64,000 bases of DNA from Eledone cirrhosa (Eukaryota), in NCBI GenBank assembly GCA_964016885.1, contig OZ024747.1:83514001-83578000 (forward strand). The letters run 5' to 3'. Numbering within the stretch: the stretch's first letter is position 1; each line of letters starts with the position of its first letter. The notes beneath the pieces were generated by a model. It ran no database searches. It had not been told where the DNA came from and worked only from the letters and a program-made list of their open reading frames with translations. This document shows, one piece after another, positions 38,770 through 50,563 of the stretch. Made by a program: the position numbers and the translations under genes.

Positions 38770-41700
38770 ATCATTCTCTCTCCCACTCACACACTTTCCT
38801 CGAATCACACTATCTCCCACTCACGCCCTACCTCTCTCTCTATCTATCTCTCTAACTCTATCTCTCACTCTCACTCAACTCTACCCCTCTCTCATTCTCT
38901 CTCTCCCTCATTGCCCTCTCTCACTCTCTTGCCCCCACTCTCTGCCAGTCAGTCATTCTGATCTGGCTTTTCCATCCCACCCCTCTATCCATGAGACACT
39001 CTCTCATACAGACAACAGGCGGTGACTTTATTTTATTTGCAAATGAATGTATAGATAAATACCTGATGACATCCCAATTTACTAATGATTAAAACCCCTG
39101 ATCTCTTAATGATTCAAATATAAGCAACATTTGCTGAGATGTTGGGTGGGTGGGGGGACTAATTGCTCTTCATCTGCTTTCCCCATTAACAACTTGCTTG
39201 TTAGCATGTTGCATTGAAAGGTATGCCCCCCTCTCTCTCTCTCTCTCTTTGTCTGTGTATGTTCCCTCCCCCTCTCTGTCTCTGTCTGTCTGTCCCCTCC
39301 TATCTCTCTCTGTGAAGGTGCATGGTTTAGTCTTAGGGTTTAGTGTTATTGTCTCAAAAACCTTGAGGTTCACCAGTTGGAAGATATGAGTTGTGCTGCC
39401 ACTGGTACCAAGCTGCATTTGCCTTTGCTTTTCCCCGACAACATCAGTGATGTGGAGAGGAGAGACAAGTATGCATAGGTGACTGCTGATCTTCCCTATA
39501 CTGGCCTTGTGCCTATACTAGAAATCATTAGTACCAGTAATGTACTGGGTAATTGATGGCCTTGTGCCAAAAGTAGAAACAATTATTATTATTATTATTT
39601 TAATTTCAAACTGTTTCAATTCATCTCCACCGTATATTTTAACCTTATAATTCAATATTAAATGAATCAACCATATTGCTTATTATATTTGTAGTTCTTT
39701 TCATCTTTTTTCCACCGCCACCACCTCCCTTTTCTCTGTTCTGTTTGAAATTGCCTCTAAAAAGCTGTTTATTTTAAAGTTTTTATATTTTTCTAAAAAT
39801 TTTCCATTATAATTTTATATAAGAATCTTTGTGAAGTTATGCTCCAAACACCAACTTAATAATGAGAAAGTTAGTTATTTTACTCAATCTGTTCAAATTG
39901 TTATTTTCAAAATGATGTGAAATTCACCAGTAGTGTCTTTCATTATAGATATAATAATGAAAAAGTTAAAATATTTTGTGTGTTGTGTGACATGCTTTGC
40001 TATTTAATTATAATGATTATAGATTTTCAATTGATTTCTATGATGAGCATTCAATTGTTCAATCAACTTTATGTGCAACTCGTGAATTCAAATATAAGTG
40101 GTTGAGCATTCCACAGACACGTGTGCCCTTAATGTGATTCCCAAACCAAATCAGCATAACACAGACAAGGCTGGACCCTTGAATTATAGGTACATCTGAT
40201 GGACCTTCATTATGCTTGATTCAAGCTGAAATTATGGTAAAGACACTTGTCCCAGATGCCTCAAACTAGGATCTACCCTGGATTATGAAGCAAATTGCTT
40301 AATCATTCAGCCATGCCTGCATCCATTTATATATAATATGCAGTGGTTGTATGGAGTTGCCTATCATCATCATAATTTTAGGTTCGTCTTTTTCAAAGCT
40401 AGCATTGATTAGCTGGGTCTTTTCCAGCATGATAAAGTACCAGTATTGACTTTCCGCTCCTCACAAATTGCTGGCCTTGTGCCAGAATTGCAAACAATTA
40501 TTAAGATGGTATTTGTAATATAATTGAACAAAAGGTTCTTATATCAAATTATGTTGGAAGATTTTAATTTAAATAGGAATAAAATAAGTGACTTTGTTTC
40601 ATAGAACCAGAGGTAATTTTTGGGTAGATTGATATTCAAAGGGTTAAATATATGAATGAAGGAAGAAAATAAATTGTGTATTGAGCACAACTTGAGATAT
40701 GAAGAGTGCAGACAACTTGCAATATGATATAAGTAAAAAAACCTTACACTATTTCAGGAAATAATGTTTGATTTGTTAATCTTTTATTGATAAATAGTGA
40801 AGAGAAAAATCCTCTCCGAACCAAGTGACCATGCTGGGCCATACCTTAGATAACATCATGGAATGTTGTGGGTGTATAGTATACCATATTTCTCTCAAAG
40901 GCTGATAGCAAACTGGTTTAGTTATCAGTTATAACTGAAACTATTAAATGAAATGTAACATGAAAAGCCCATTTTTCTTATTAAAACTTTGATAATGTTC
41001 CTCTTCTTTTCTTTCTCTGAAGAATATTCATTTCACCAATTATTAGCAGCAGACTGATACAAGCACACACATACACCTACGTATATACATATATTTGTAT
41101 GTCTGTTTGTTTGTGTGTGTATGTATGTGTATACACACACACACTCACATATACATGCACACATAGATATACACATATTTATTTCAATTTTAGCAAATGT
41201 CACTCCCCATTATAATTTTTCTTTCCCTAAGATTTTGATTCATTCATTTCTATGACATATTATGGTAGTGAGAACTGCACCAATTGGAAATAGTTCTGGA
41301 AGGATTCATGAAACACTAACTGTTTTTATCAGGTAAGCTGTCAGTAACAACACACCCTAGCTTTCACACCTGTCAGTTGATCGTTTTGTTGTCTTGAGAT
41401 AAAAGATCAACTTGACTTTTATGCAAACCAAACTACAGGAGTGAAGCCATGTGGCCTCCTGATTTGGATGCTGGACTTACAATCATAAGGCTGTGGGTTC
41501 AATTCCTGGACCAGGTGGTGTATTGTGTTTTTGAACAAGATGCTCCATTTCATATTGCTTTTCATGATTATTGAACCACTCGAGAAACGTCATATGAGAT
41601 GCAATATCTTAGGTGGCCACATAGTTTTGAGCTTTAACAACAGCAACATATTTTCAAATGACAGCATTGCAAACAAATTTTAGTGAAATCATGTGGCCTT

Positions 41701-43059
41701 AGGATGTTGGGCACATGATCATCAGGTCATAGGTTCAATTCCTGGACTGGGCAACCCATTAGACTTTTCAGCAATATACATTATGTCACGTTTCTCCAGC
41801 CCTCTAAAGTGCAAAAGAAAAAAAAAAAGAAAAACACATAACCAGCAGCAGCAGCAGCTGGCGTTTAACCTGTCCAATGGATTGGTGTCCAGCCCGAAGG
41901 GTCTCTTCATGATAGGATTGGGGCCTCTATCATATAAACACCAAAGAAACCCCCTATGATATGTAACCTTGTAGAAGACCAGATAAACCTATATAGGTAT
42001 AAGAGAACATACACACCCTCTATCATAAGCATATTAATTTACAACTTGAGGTAGATTTTAAAAAGGTTTCTGTTTCAAAGTTAACTCTACTTCAATATGT
42101 CCAGTCGTACTTTAACTCATAAAATATTGTAACGATTTAGTAGAAAATATCTAAAACCAGAAATATTTTAATTTTTAATGTGATGCAGTCATAGTACCAA
42201 TTTGTATGTTTCAAGAAAGTCTTGCTAATACGGTTGAATGTGGTACAGGACGTTAAGTGTATCTATGTAAATATGTTATTTGTGCCTCTATATTCATGTG
42301 TATATAAGTGTATCATTTTAGGTGTATGTGAATATGTTAACGTGTACACATAAACACGTATATGTAAATAAATATATGTAAATATATTTATGTTTGCATC
42401 TATAAACATGTGTAAATGAGTGTATCACTTTATGTGGATATAAATATGTTTATTATCTTTATATAACTATGTGTATTATATATGTATATATATATAATGT
42501 GAATTACTAGCCTAAAGCTAGATAGAAATAAACACTATATTACTATATAGTTGGTAATGTCTTTCAAGTCAACCAAGCTATGCAGATAGGTCAAATTTAT
42601 ATCAGATTTAGCACATTTATTTAGTCATTCAGTTATTTCTTTGTTTACTTAATGTTTGTGTAAATATTTAGTTACGTACTTCGAAAAGCTTTGAAGTTGC
42701 TGTGCTTTGGTTACTATTTCCTATTTATTGATGAATAAATGTACTTGTTGTAAAGGTGCGTGGTCTAATTGGGTAGAGCATTGGGTTCATAATTTAAATG
42801 ATATGAACTCGATTCTTGGGGTCCCTATTATTAAAACACCCAAGAAGTCTCCTATAAGATGCAACCACTTATGAGGCCAGCTAAAACAAAATAGTTGTGA
42901 GCTGTTGAGTGTGTAAATGTGTGTGTATATCAGTATTTATATATTCTTCAATAGTATTTATATATTCTCTTACTATTTTACTGGCTTAAGTCAGTAGACA
43001 TCGAGCATGCTGGGGCACTGATTTGTAGTTGATCTTATCAACCCCAGTACATTTTTTTA

Positions 43060-43470
43060 TATCTTCTCTGGTGAAGGAAGCTGTATGGTGGACTTACCTA
43101 AAAAGATTGACGACAAGAATCTTTCTCTCTAACCAAGCCCTCATCATTTTTAAGTTTCACTTGAGGAGGAAAGTGAGGGTAAAGAGTGAGGTGCTGCCTT
43201 CTACTGTGTTTTATGAAAGATGGGTAAGAACAGCAAGATTAACAAGGCTGAATAGTCCAGGAGGAAGGAAACTGGGAGAGGGCACTTTTAATGCCCATGA
43301 GGCAACAGTAACCCAGGTTTTTGTGTGGTGTTCTCCCTAGAATTATCCTAAAGTATAGTTCTCCCCACTATTGGGGAACTTGCCCTTGTTGATATTCATT
43401 ATTGTTATTGTTTTCTATTATGTATATTTATTACAAATTCCATTATTGTTATCCCTATTGTTAAGTGATG
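43060..43470 (+). mobile_element. Probable L1/Tx1-type LINE ORF2 C-terminus and 3' UTR
   Basis: LVKEAVWWT...FKFHLRRKVRVKSEVL...FYERWV resembles the K..IW..R / F...W ending of Tx1 ORF2 (recognised from memory); T-rich UTR follows. Confidence 0.55.
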
Positions 43471-43489
43471 TCTCTTTTCCTTCACTCAA

Positions 43490-43783
43490 AGGTTGTGAGT
43501 TCAATTCTCAGACCGGGTGATGTGTTGTTTCCTTGAGCAAGACACTTTATTTCACATTGCTCCAGTTTACTCAGCTGTAGAAATGAGATGATAGGGACTG
43601 GGGTCCCTATCATTCCACTGCAAAGTGGTCATGGAGGCGCCACAGAAAAAAAGCACCCAGCACTCACTGTAAATGAGGTTGGTGTTAGGAAGGGCATCCA
43701 GCTGTAGAAATCAAGCCAGAATCAGTTCCCGTCCCACCCTTGCAAGCAGGGAAAAAGCGGACGTAAAATGATGATGATGATGA
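43490..43783 (+). mobile_element. Tripartite SINE: tRNA B-box + CORE-like body + RTE-derived motif and tail
   Basis: GAGTTCAATTC; CCTTGAGCAAGACACTT; GGTTGGTGTTAGGAAGGGCATCCAGC; CCCGTCCCACCCTTGCAAGCAGGGAAAAAGCGGACGTAAAAT(GAT)n. Confidence 0.85.
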
Positions 43784-43849
43784 TATATATATATACACCC
43801 CCCCATCCCACTACCCTACCCCACCCCCACCTACACCACCCCTTTCTCT

Positions 43850-44142
43850 GTAAAGTTATGTTGGTACCACAACATCCAGTCCTAAATAAATGAGGTCGTG
43901 TAGGTGTCACGACAAAAAAAATCATACAGTCCACGCTGTAATGTGGCCGTGTAGGTAACACGGTAAAAACCTCCCAGTCCACACTGTAAACACGGTTGGT
44001 GTTAGGAAGGGCATCCAGCCGTAGAAACCCGCCAGACAGTCCTATACAAGGAAGACAACCAATCTTGCCTCACGTGGGACAATTCCCGTCTAAACCCATG
44101 CTAGTGTGGAAGATAGACGTTAAACGATGATGATGATGATGA
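43850..44142 (+). mobile_element. RTE-type SINE with three internal tandem units and (GAT)n tail
   Basis: CAGTCCAC.CTGTAA-type unit repeated before GGTTGGTGTTAGGAAGGGCATCCAGCC; tail matches 9734-9832. Confidence 0.82.
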
Positions 44143-44224
44143 TAGAAGTAGTAACATAACAGTTAGTTCACCATACCGAGAACAATTGTGAGTGCTCTAC
44201 CACTACGGATACTACCTTCCAGCG

Positions 44225-44273
<49 letters not shown>

Positions 44274-45061
44274 AATCATCATAATTTTATGTCCGCTTGG
44301 AAAACGAAGCATCAGTGATGCATCGGAACTCAATTTATTGTGTTACAATTGTTTCCCCGGCGGACAGCTCGAGGTGCGATCCGTGTGTGGATCGACTTGA
44401 CTCTAGACTCGGACACATCTATTGATTTCGGAGTGCTCAACCGGCATACCGCCTATGGAAGCATCTTAGCTACCATTAGACATATATATTCATTCATTCA
44501 ATGCTGATGATTCACTGTGACACTATTATGAGTTTTCCCACATCCATGTATTCATTTGGGAGACCAAAAAATATAGGGGCAAAAATGTATATATACGCAA
44601 GCATACATGTATACTCACACAGTGTGCATGCACGCACAAGTGTTTTTATGTTTTGATGGCTACTAAAAATATTTTTTTCTCAATAATATAAACTTAATGA
44701 TGTGTTGTTCTGGGTGAGAGCCAAAGAATGCTATATTCCACGCTGTTAATTATTTTCTCTGAGCCATACATTACTTCTAACATTCTTAACTGTATTTCTT
44801 TTCTTCTATTATTGTTAACCATTCTTGTTATCATCATCATCATCATTATCATCGTCATTATTGTTATCAACATCATCATTGTTATCATAATCATTGCTGT
44901 TGATTTTATGTTTATATGAGAAAGTGTATTTTATGATGTATCCCTAACAGTTTCAGATTTGTTTATATGAGATCGATGTGTGTATGTGTCTGGGCATGCA
45001 TGTCAATAATGGATAGATGAAAATACTTTTTGGAGTGTTCTGCATGATTGTGTTTGTTTGC

Positions 45062-45275
45062 ACACCTTAAAGTGCCAAGAAATCCCAGTAGAAGGAAGAC
45101 GCAGTAGTGGAAGACCACGAAAAACATGGGCGGAGGTGGTGAGAGCTGATCTCAGATCGCTGAAGCTCAAGGAGGAGATGATGAAGGACTGTGACGAATG
45201 GAGAGATGTTGTGCTGAACAGGACTTGTCCCACCCTTGCAAGCAGAGAAAAGCGGACGTAAAATGATGATGATGA
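45062..45275 (+). mobile_element. RTE LINE 3' end
   Basis: VEGRRSSGRPRKTWAEVVRADLRSLKL...KDCDEWR; stop followed by (GAT)n. Confidence 0.9.
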
Positions 45276-45634
45276 CCTTTACCCTTGTAGCAAATTATGA
45301 CTGTGCTTCTGCACCAGTTATAGTACATGACTCTGCCCTGATTGACTATGCTGGTTACTAGTTCAACTCATACGTCTTCCAATGTTTTTAGCATCTTGGC
45401 AACTATCTCTGATAGTTCTGCAGCTTTACTATTCTTTATCTCTTTTGATTGCTTCTTTGACCCTATAACTTTCAATTTCAATAGCTGGCCCCTCTGTTGT
45501 GTCAGTTGGAGGTTGTCTCTCTTCCTCCCATTCAGTCTCTACATTCAACAGCATCTCATAGTAACATGCTGAAGCCTCTTTCTTTTGAGCATCAGTGGTC
45601 CTAAATACACCAGTGTCATTTCTAACATGTCATT

Positions 45635-46075
45635 ATCTTCAATTCGGGATTTGTGCCAACCCTTACCTATGGTCATGAATCTTGGATAATGACCAAAAGA
45701 ATATGATCACAAATCCAAGTGGCCAAAATGGGGTTCCTCCGAAGGGTCTTTGGAATAACATTACTTGATAGAGTGCCTAGCTTGGAGATCAGAGAGTCAC
45801 TTCAGGTAGAGCCGCTACTTCTCTGAATTGAGAGGTCACAGCTCCAATACTATGGGTATATGGTTAGAATGTCTCAGATAAGAATCGCTGGGCAAAACCA
45901 ACCAGCAGGAGACCCAGGGGTAGACCATGAGCAAGATGGTTGGATAATATCCATGAGCTTGGCTGGACTCGCTTCGGGATCCGGCTGGATTAGTTGGAGA
46001 AGGTTGCTTCTGACAGGACCCACTGGAAGGAGTGTTTGAAGACAGGAATAAGTGGGTAGAGAAGAAGAAATTGGA
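45635..46075 (+). mobile_element. Rex3/Expander-like RTE LINE fragment with stops and a deletion
   Basis: PTLTYGHESWIMT...MGFLRRVFGITLLDRV...VEPLLL*IERSQL...RRPRGRP...LGWTRFGI...VASDRTHW. Confidence 0.88.
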
Positions 46076-46195
46076 CACCCCAACCCACCCCATACATATA
46101 TTTTCATATCCTGCTAAATTACAAGGCAGAAACAAACAGTGAATGCAAATGCAAACACACACACTCACAATACAAACTATCTGCCTGCCTACCTG

Positions 46196-46243
<48 letters not shown>

Positions 46244-46249
46244 GCATGA

Positions 46250-46410
46250 AAGGCTTCCACATAGTTTCCATCTATCAAATTTCAATCACAAGGCATTGGT
46301 CATTCAGATGCTATCATAGAAGACACATGTCCAAGGAGCAGTGCAGTTGGACTGAACCTGAAACCACATGGTTGTCAAATGAACTCCATAACCACACAGC
46401 CCTGCCTGCA
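46250..46410 (-). mobile_element. tRNA/CORE-type SINE (family C)
   Basis: AGTTTCCATCTATCAAATTTC...AGAAGACACATGTCCAAGG...GGACTGAACCTGAAACCACATGGTTG...ACCACACAGCC. Other copies at ~5895, 7390, 30535, 32390, 38174, 40200 and 57280. Confidence 0.75.
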
Positions 46411-46793
46411 CCAAAATATTTGTCTAGAGATATTTATGTTATCACTGCTGCCAGAATGCCACTTGTCATCTTCTGACAACATCATAATCAGTTATATTTG
46501 ATGGTTAAATCTAGATGTACATCTTAAGTTCTGATTCATTGAAAACCTGAAATATTGCTCCATCACGAGGGCGAGAGACAGAGCATATTCTTTGGTACTC
46601 CCAGCGTTGGGTAGGGTATATATATTGTCTCATTTAAACTGTTTATATAAACGCTTATTCAACTCTAAAAATAAGATTACTAATAATAATAATAATACAG
46701 ACTTTGATCTTAAGTGAAAGTCTTAGCACATGCATACAAATACACCTGTATGTATACAGACTCTAATTTTATTTTTTGTGCTTTCCTAGTATT

Positions 46794-46980
46794 ATTGGCA
46801 GTATCAGTAGAGGGTCAGATGCCATGCTTTGCAGCATAGAGTTACGCCCCCTTTACAGTTTGAGTTCAGATCACGCTGAGGTTAACTTTGCCTTTCGTCC
46901 TTACGGGGTTGATAATATAAAGCACCAGTAATGTAGTGGGATAATTGCTGGCCTTGTGCCAAAAATAGAAACAATTATTT
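46794..46980 (+). mobile_element. SINE family A
   Basis: Collinear with 34774-34952. Confidence 0.9.
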
Positions 46981-49141
46981 TATATATTTAACTTCTTTTT
47001 AAAGTTCTACATTTGAGGACTTTCACTTCAAATATACATGCACACAGACAGAGTTGGTAGTGTGAACAGGAGAAACAAAATTCAATACATGTATGGAGTG
47101 ATGTATATTTTATTGTACCAATGACTGAAGGCCGCAAATTCTCATGCTTAAGAGCACAACTGTCCTTCAGCAAAACTGTTGACTCTTGAGTCACTGGCGT
47201 AGCTTCACAGTTATAATAATTGGTTTTCTTTTGGAGGGGGTGGGTCAGTGGTTGGGAAGATTCTTCCACTCTATATTCATTTTTCATCTCTGCTTTTAAT
47301 AACGCATCTAGATATCAAACTATAGGATTCTCTGTCCCCTCAATAACAATTATTTTGTCCCTTGATGATAGATAAACTCTTTGACTCTGCATATATTTAT
47401 TCATCCCTCTTTTCACTACTTTCATTAACCCCCCTTCCCTCTCCTCACATATATACATACACAAACATGAACATGATGCTAAGAATTATATAAATATATA
47501 TACCAAAAGATAAAAAGAACCCAGTGATGTGTAACCTTATTGACTTATTTTCCCCTGAGGTAGATGTATATTTGTGTGATATAGCAATTATTAATTAAAC
47601 CAAATCAGAAACTTGTAATAAAATTGATCTATGGAATTATGAGAGAAAATGGTTATGTTTGTCCGTAATTCAAAGCATTCATCAAATCTGGGTGATTAGG
47701 AATGTATAGAAAATGAGAATCTAGATTCATTATTATTATATCTTGTAATGATTGCTATAATATTTTCCCAGATTATAAATCATTGCTATTCAAGTTTGTA
47801 ACATTGGTCTTTGATTGGGATTAGAGAATATAAATTGAATGCAGAATACAATTTTGAAGGAGAGCAATTGTACAGTACACATATTCATCACTATCCACTT
47901 GTTATGCCGGCAAGGGTTGTTTTGTTACACTATTCTTAAACTTTATTATTTTACATTTGCTTTCCCTGTTGGTGTGATTTGAATGGGTTGCTACATATAA
48001 AAACGAGAAAACTCATCGTTTTCTCGTTTTCATATGCATTCAAATATATTCTCACTTCATCTCAATCAGAAACAACATTGTATATATATATATATATATA
48101 TATATCAGCACTATGAATTTCTAGTTTGCAAAGTAGTATCAATATATCAATATATAGTTGAAAAAGGTTATGGGGGAATCAAATATGGAGAAATATTTAC
48201 AGACTGATTGATATTGTGCTTGTTGACAAAAAAAAAACTCAATCAATGTTTCATAATTGACATAACTAGCCTCCTCCCACCAGTATTACCCATAATCATT
48301 ACAAAATATTGATTAATAAAGTTAGAGCTGTGGTAGAGAATATAGATTCTTTCTCAACACACTTAATGAATAAAACTAAACCTCTCAATACAATAACAAT
48401 ACATAAATCAGCTTTGTTTGGTAACTGCCAATAACATCCAATGGATAAACTATTTGGCTGAAAAATGTTGATTTCATTTCCAGCAAAGTTTTAAACCTGT
48501 TTATATAACACGAGATGATAATGATTAAAAAAATATAATAATGAATATTGCCTCAAGGATGGTGAATGAGTGTAACATTACAAAGACAAGTTACATTATC
48601 TGTTGGCGTTTATATAAAAATCAGAGGTGACTAAAAGGGTTTGTACCAGGAAGAGGATCCATCTATCAAAAACATTGCTTCATAAAGGACCCCTTGATGT
48701 GAATGAACCATTTTGTAGAGCCTGCAAAGATAATTCCTTTTTTAACAGGGGAAAATGGCTTTCACTATTTTTTTTTTTTATACTAAACTGCCCCTAATTC
48801 TATGATATGAAGTTATTTATTTTAAAGTGAAAAACCTGAAAAACCTTCCATCATAATTTTAGGCAAGAACCTATATTAGGTTGTGATCTAAATATCTTAA
48901 TGACAAGATTGTTAGCTGTATTACTAAATCCTTCCAAATACCTGACTAAAAAAAAATAGAGAATTATAGGCAGTCTCTTATCAGAAACGATAACAAAAGG
49001 GATAAGACGTTTGTTGTTTTATCATCATGCACTTTTTCTCTATTCTTTATATTCTATTATTTCTTCACACATTTTAGATAGATGATGTTGATTTTGTTTC
49101 ACATTATTTCTATTTCTATAATTTCTTTCTCTGTTGAAAAA

Positions 49142-49181
49142 TACTAATGGTTTTTTTTATCTCTTCTCTTTACAGGTAAGT
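49142..49181 (+). promoter_or_regulatory. Candidate recursive splice site (zero-length exon): branch point, pyrimidine tract, TACAG|GTAAGT
   Basis: TACTAAT 49142-49148, pyrimidine tract 49151-49171, AG 49174-49175 directly followed by GTAAGT 49176-49181; no other AG back to 49081. Confidence 0.55.
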
Positions 49182-49611
49182 TCATTTAAAAAAAATCAAC
49201 TCAAACTTGTGAGATGTGATATTTTACTGTAATATGTAAGTAAAGTGATCTGACCCCCCCCCCCTCTTTACCTTCTGAAGTCAACTAATGTATTGTTCAA
49301 CCTGTAGTAACATTTGTCTTACATTAATTGGTTGTTTCTCTGAGAGGTGTTTAACCCTTTTGATACCAAACCAGTGAAAACCACACTGGTTCTATGAAAC
49401 AAAAAACATCCATTTTAAAGGATTCCTATTTAATATAAAATCATCCAACATAATTTTATATAAGAACCATGTTAAGGTTAAGTTACTATCTTAGTTATGA
49501 AATAATAAATAATTTTAGTAAATCCCTCAAAATTATTCAGTAACCTTTTGGTTACCATATTTCTAATGAAAGACTCAGCCTATGTGATTTGCATGTCATT
49601 TTGAAAATAAT

Positions 49612-49691
49612 TGTTTCTACTTTAGGCACAAGGCCAGCAATTATCTAGTACATTACTGGTACTTTATTTTATCAACCCCGTAAGGATGAAA
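49612..49691 (-). mobile_element. 5'-truncated SINE A inside a family-2 MITE, 17-bp TSD
   Basis: TSD GTCATTTTGAAAATAAT at 49595-49611 and 49692-49708. Confidence 0.92.
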
Positions 49692-49841
49692 GTCATTTTG
49701 AAAATAATGATGGGATTTAGTAATGTGAATAACTCTCTCAGTATTTAGCTGGTGTTTGGAGCAGACATAAAATCACAATGGAAGGTTTTTTTTATCTGAA
49801 TAAATACACTTTAAAATATACAGTTTTGTATCATAGTACCA

Positions 49842-50180
49842 TGGTGGCGAATTGGCAGAGTTGTTAGAACGTCAGATAGAATGCTTTATGGTACTCGTTC
49901 TGACTCTACTCTTGAGTTTAAATCCCGCTGAGGTCAACTTTGCTTTTCATTCTTTCAAGGTCGATAAAAAAGTACCAGTCTAGTACTGGGGTCGATTCTT
50001 TCTCTATATCTCTTTCTCATTTCCCCTGTCTCACTTTCTATCTTTCTCTGGAAGAAATCTGCTGTACTCAGGCCTGGAGAGGGATGGGCTCCACCAGGCT
50101 TAAAATGAAGAAAGAAATGCTGTATGTCAATACAGTGCCCCTATACCTCTGTCAGGAGTTACGGGACCATACATACAATT
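49842..50180 (+). mobile_element. 339-bp SINE with family-A head/body and a different 3' module, 9-bp TSD
   Basis: TSD ATAGTACCA at 49833-49841 and 50181-50189; MITE sequence rejoins across it; ends GGGACCATACATACA. Confidence 0.75.
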
Positions 50181-50511
50181 ATAGTACCAGGGACGTCCTC
50201 AGTGAGTTGGTATTAAAAGGCTTACTTAATTGATATAGAGTATAATTCCTTAGAAATATGGTCATAAATGGGTTAATCATGGACATTCTGCTCTGGTGAA
50301 GTTTGAATTCAGAATAGTGGATTCCCAAAGTAGACTCATAAAAAACAACCAGTCCAGTTGCTATTTACCTTTACCAAATATCTTTACACTTCAAAGAAGA
50401 AGAATAAGAATTTCGTATTTTCAGTTTCTTCCAGTTCTATTTATTTTATGTAAGAATTGTCTTTTTTCCAAACTTTTTTCCAAGCATAAATTTCAAATTT
50501 TCCTTTCATCA

Positions 50512-50563
<52 letters not shown>

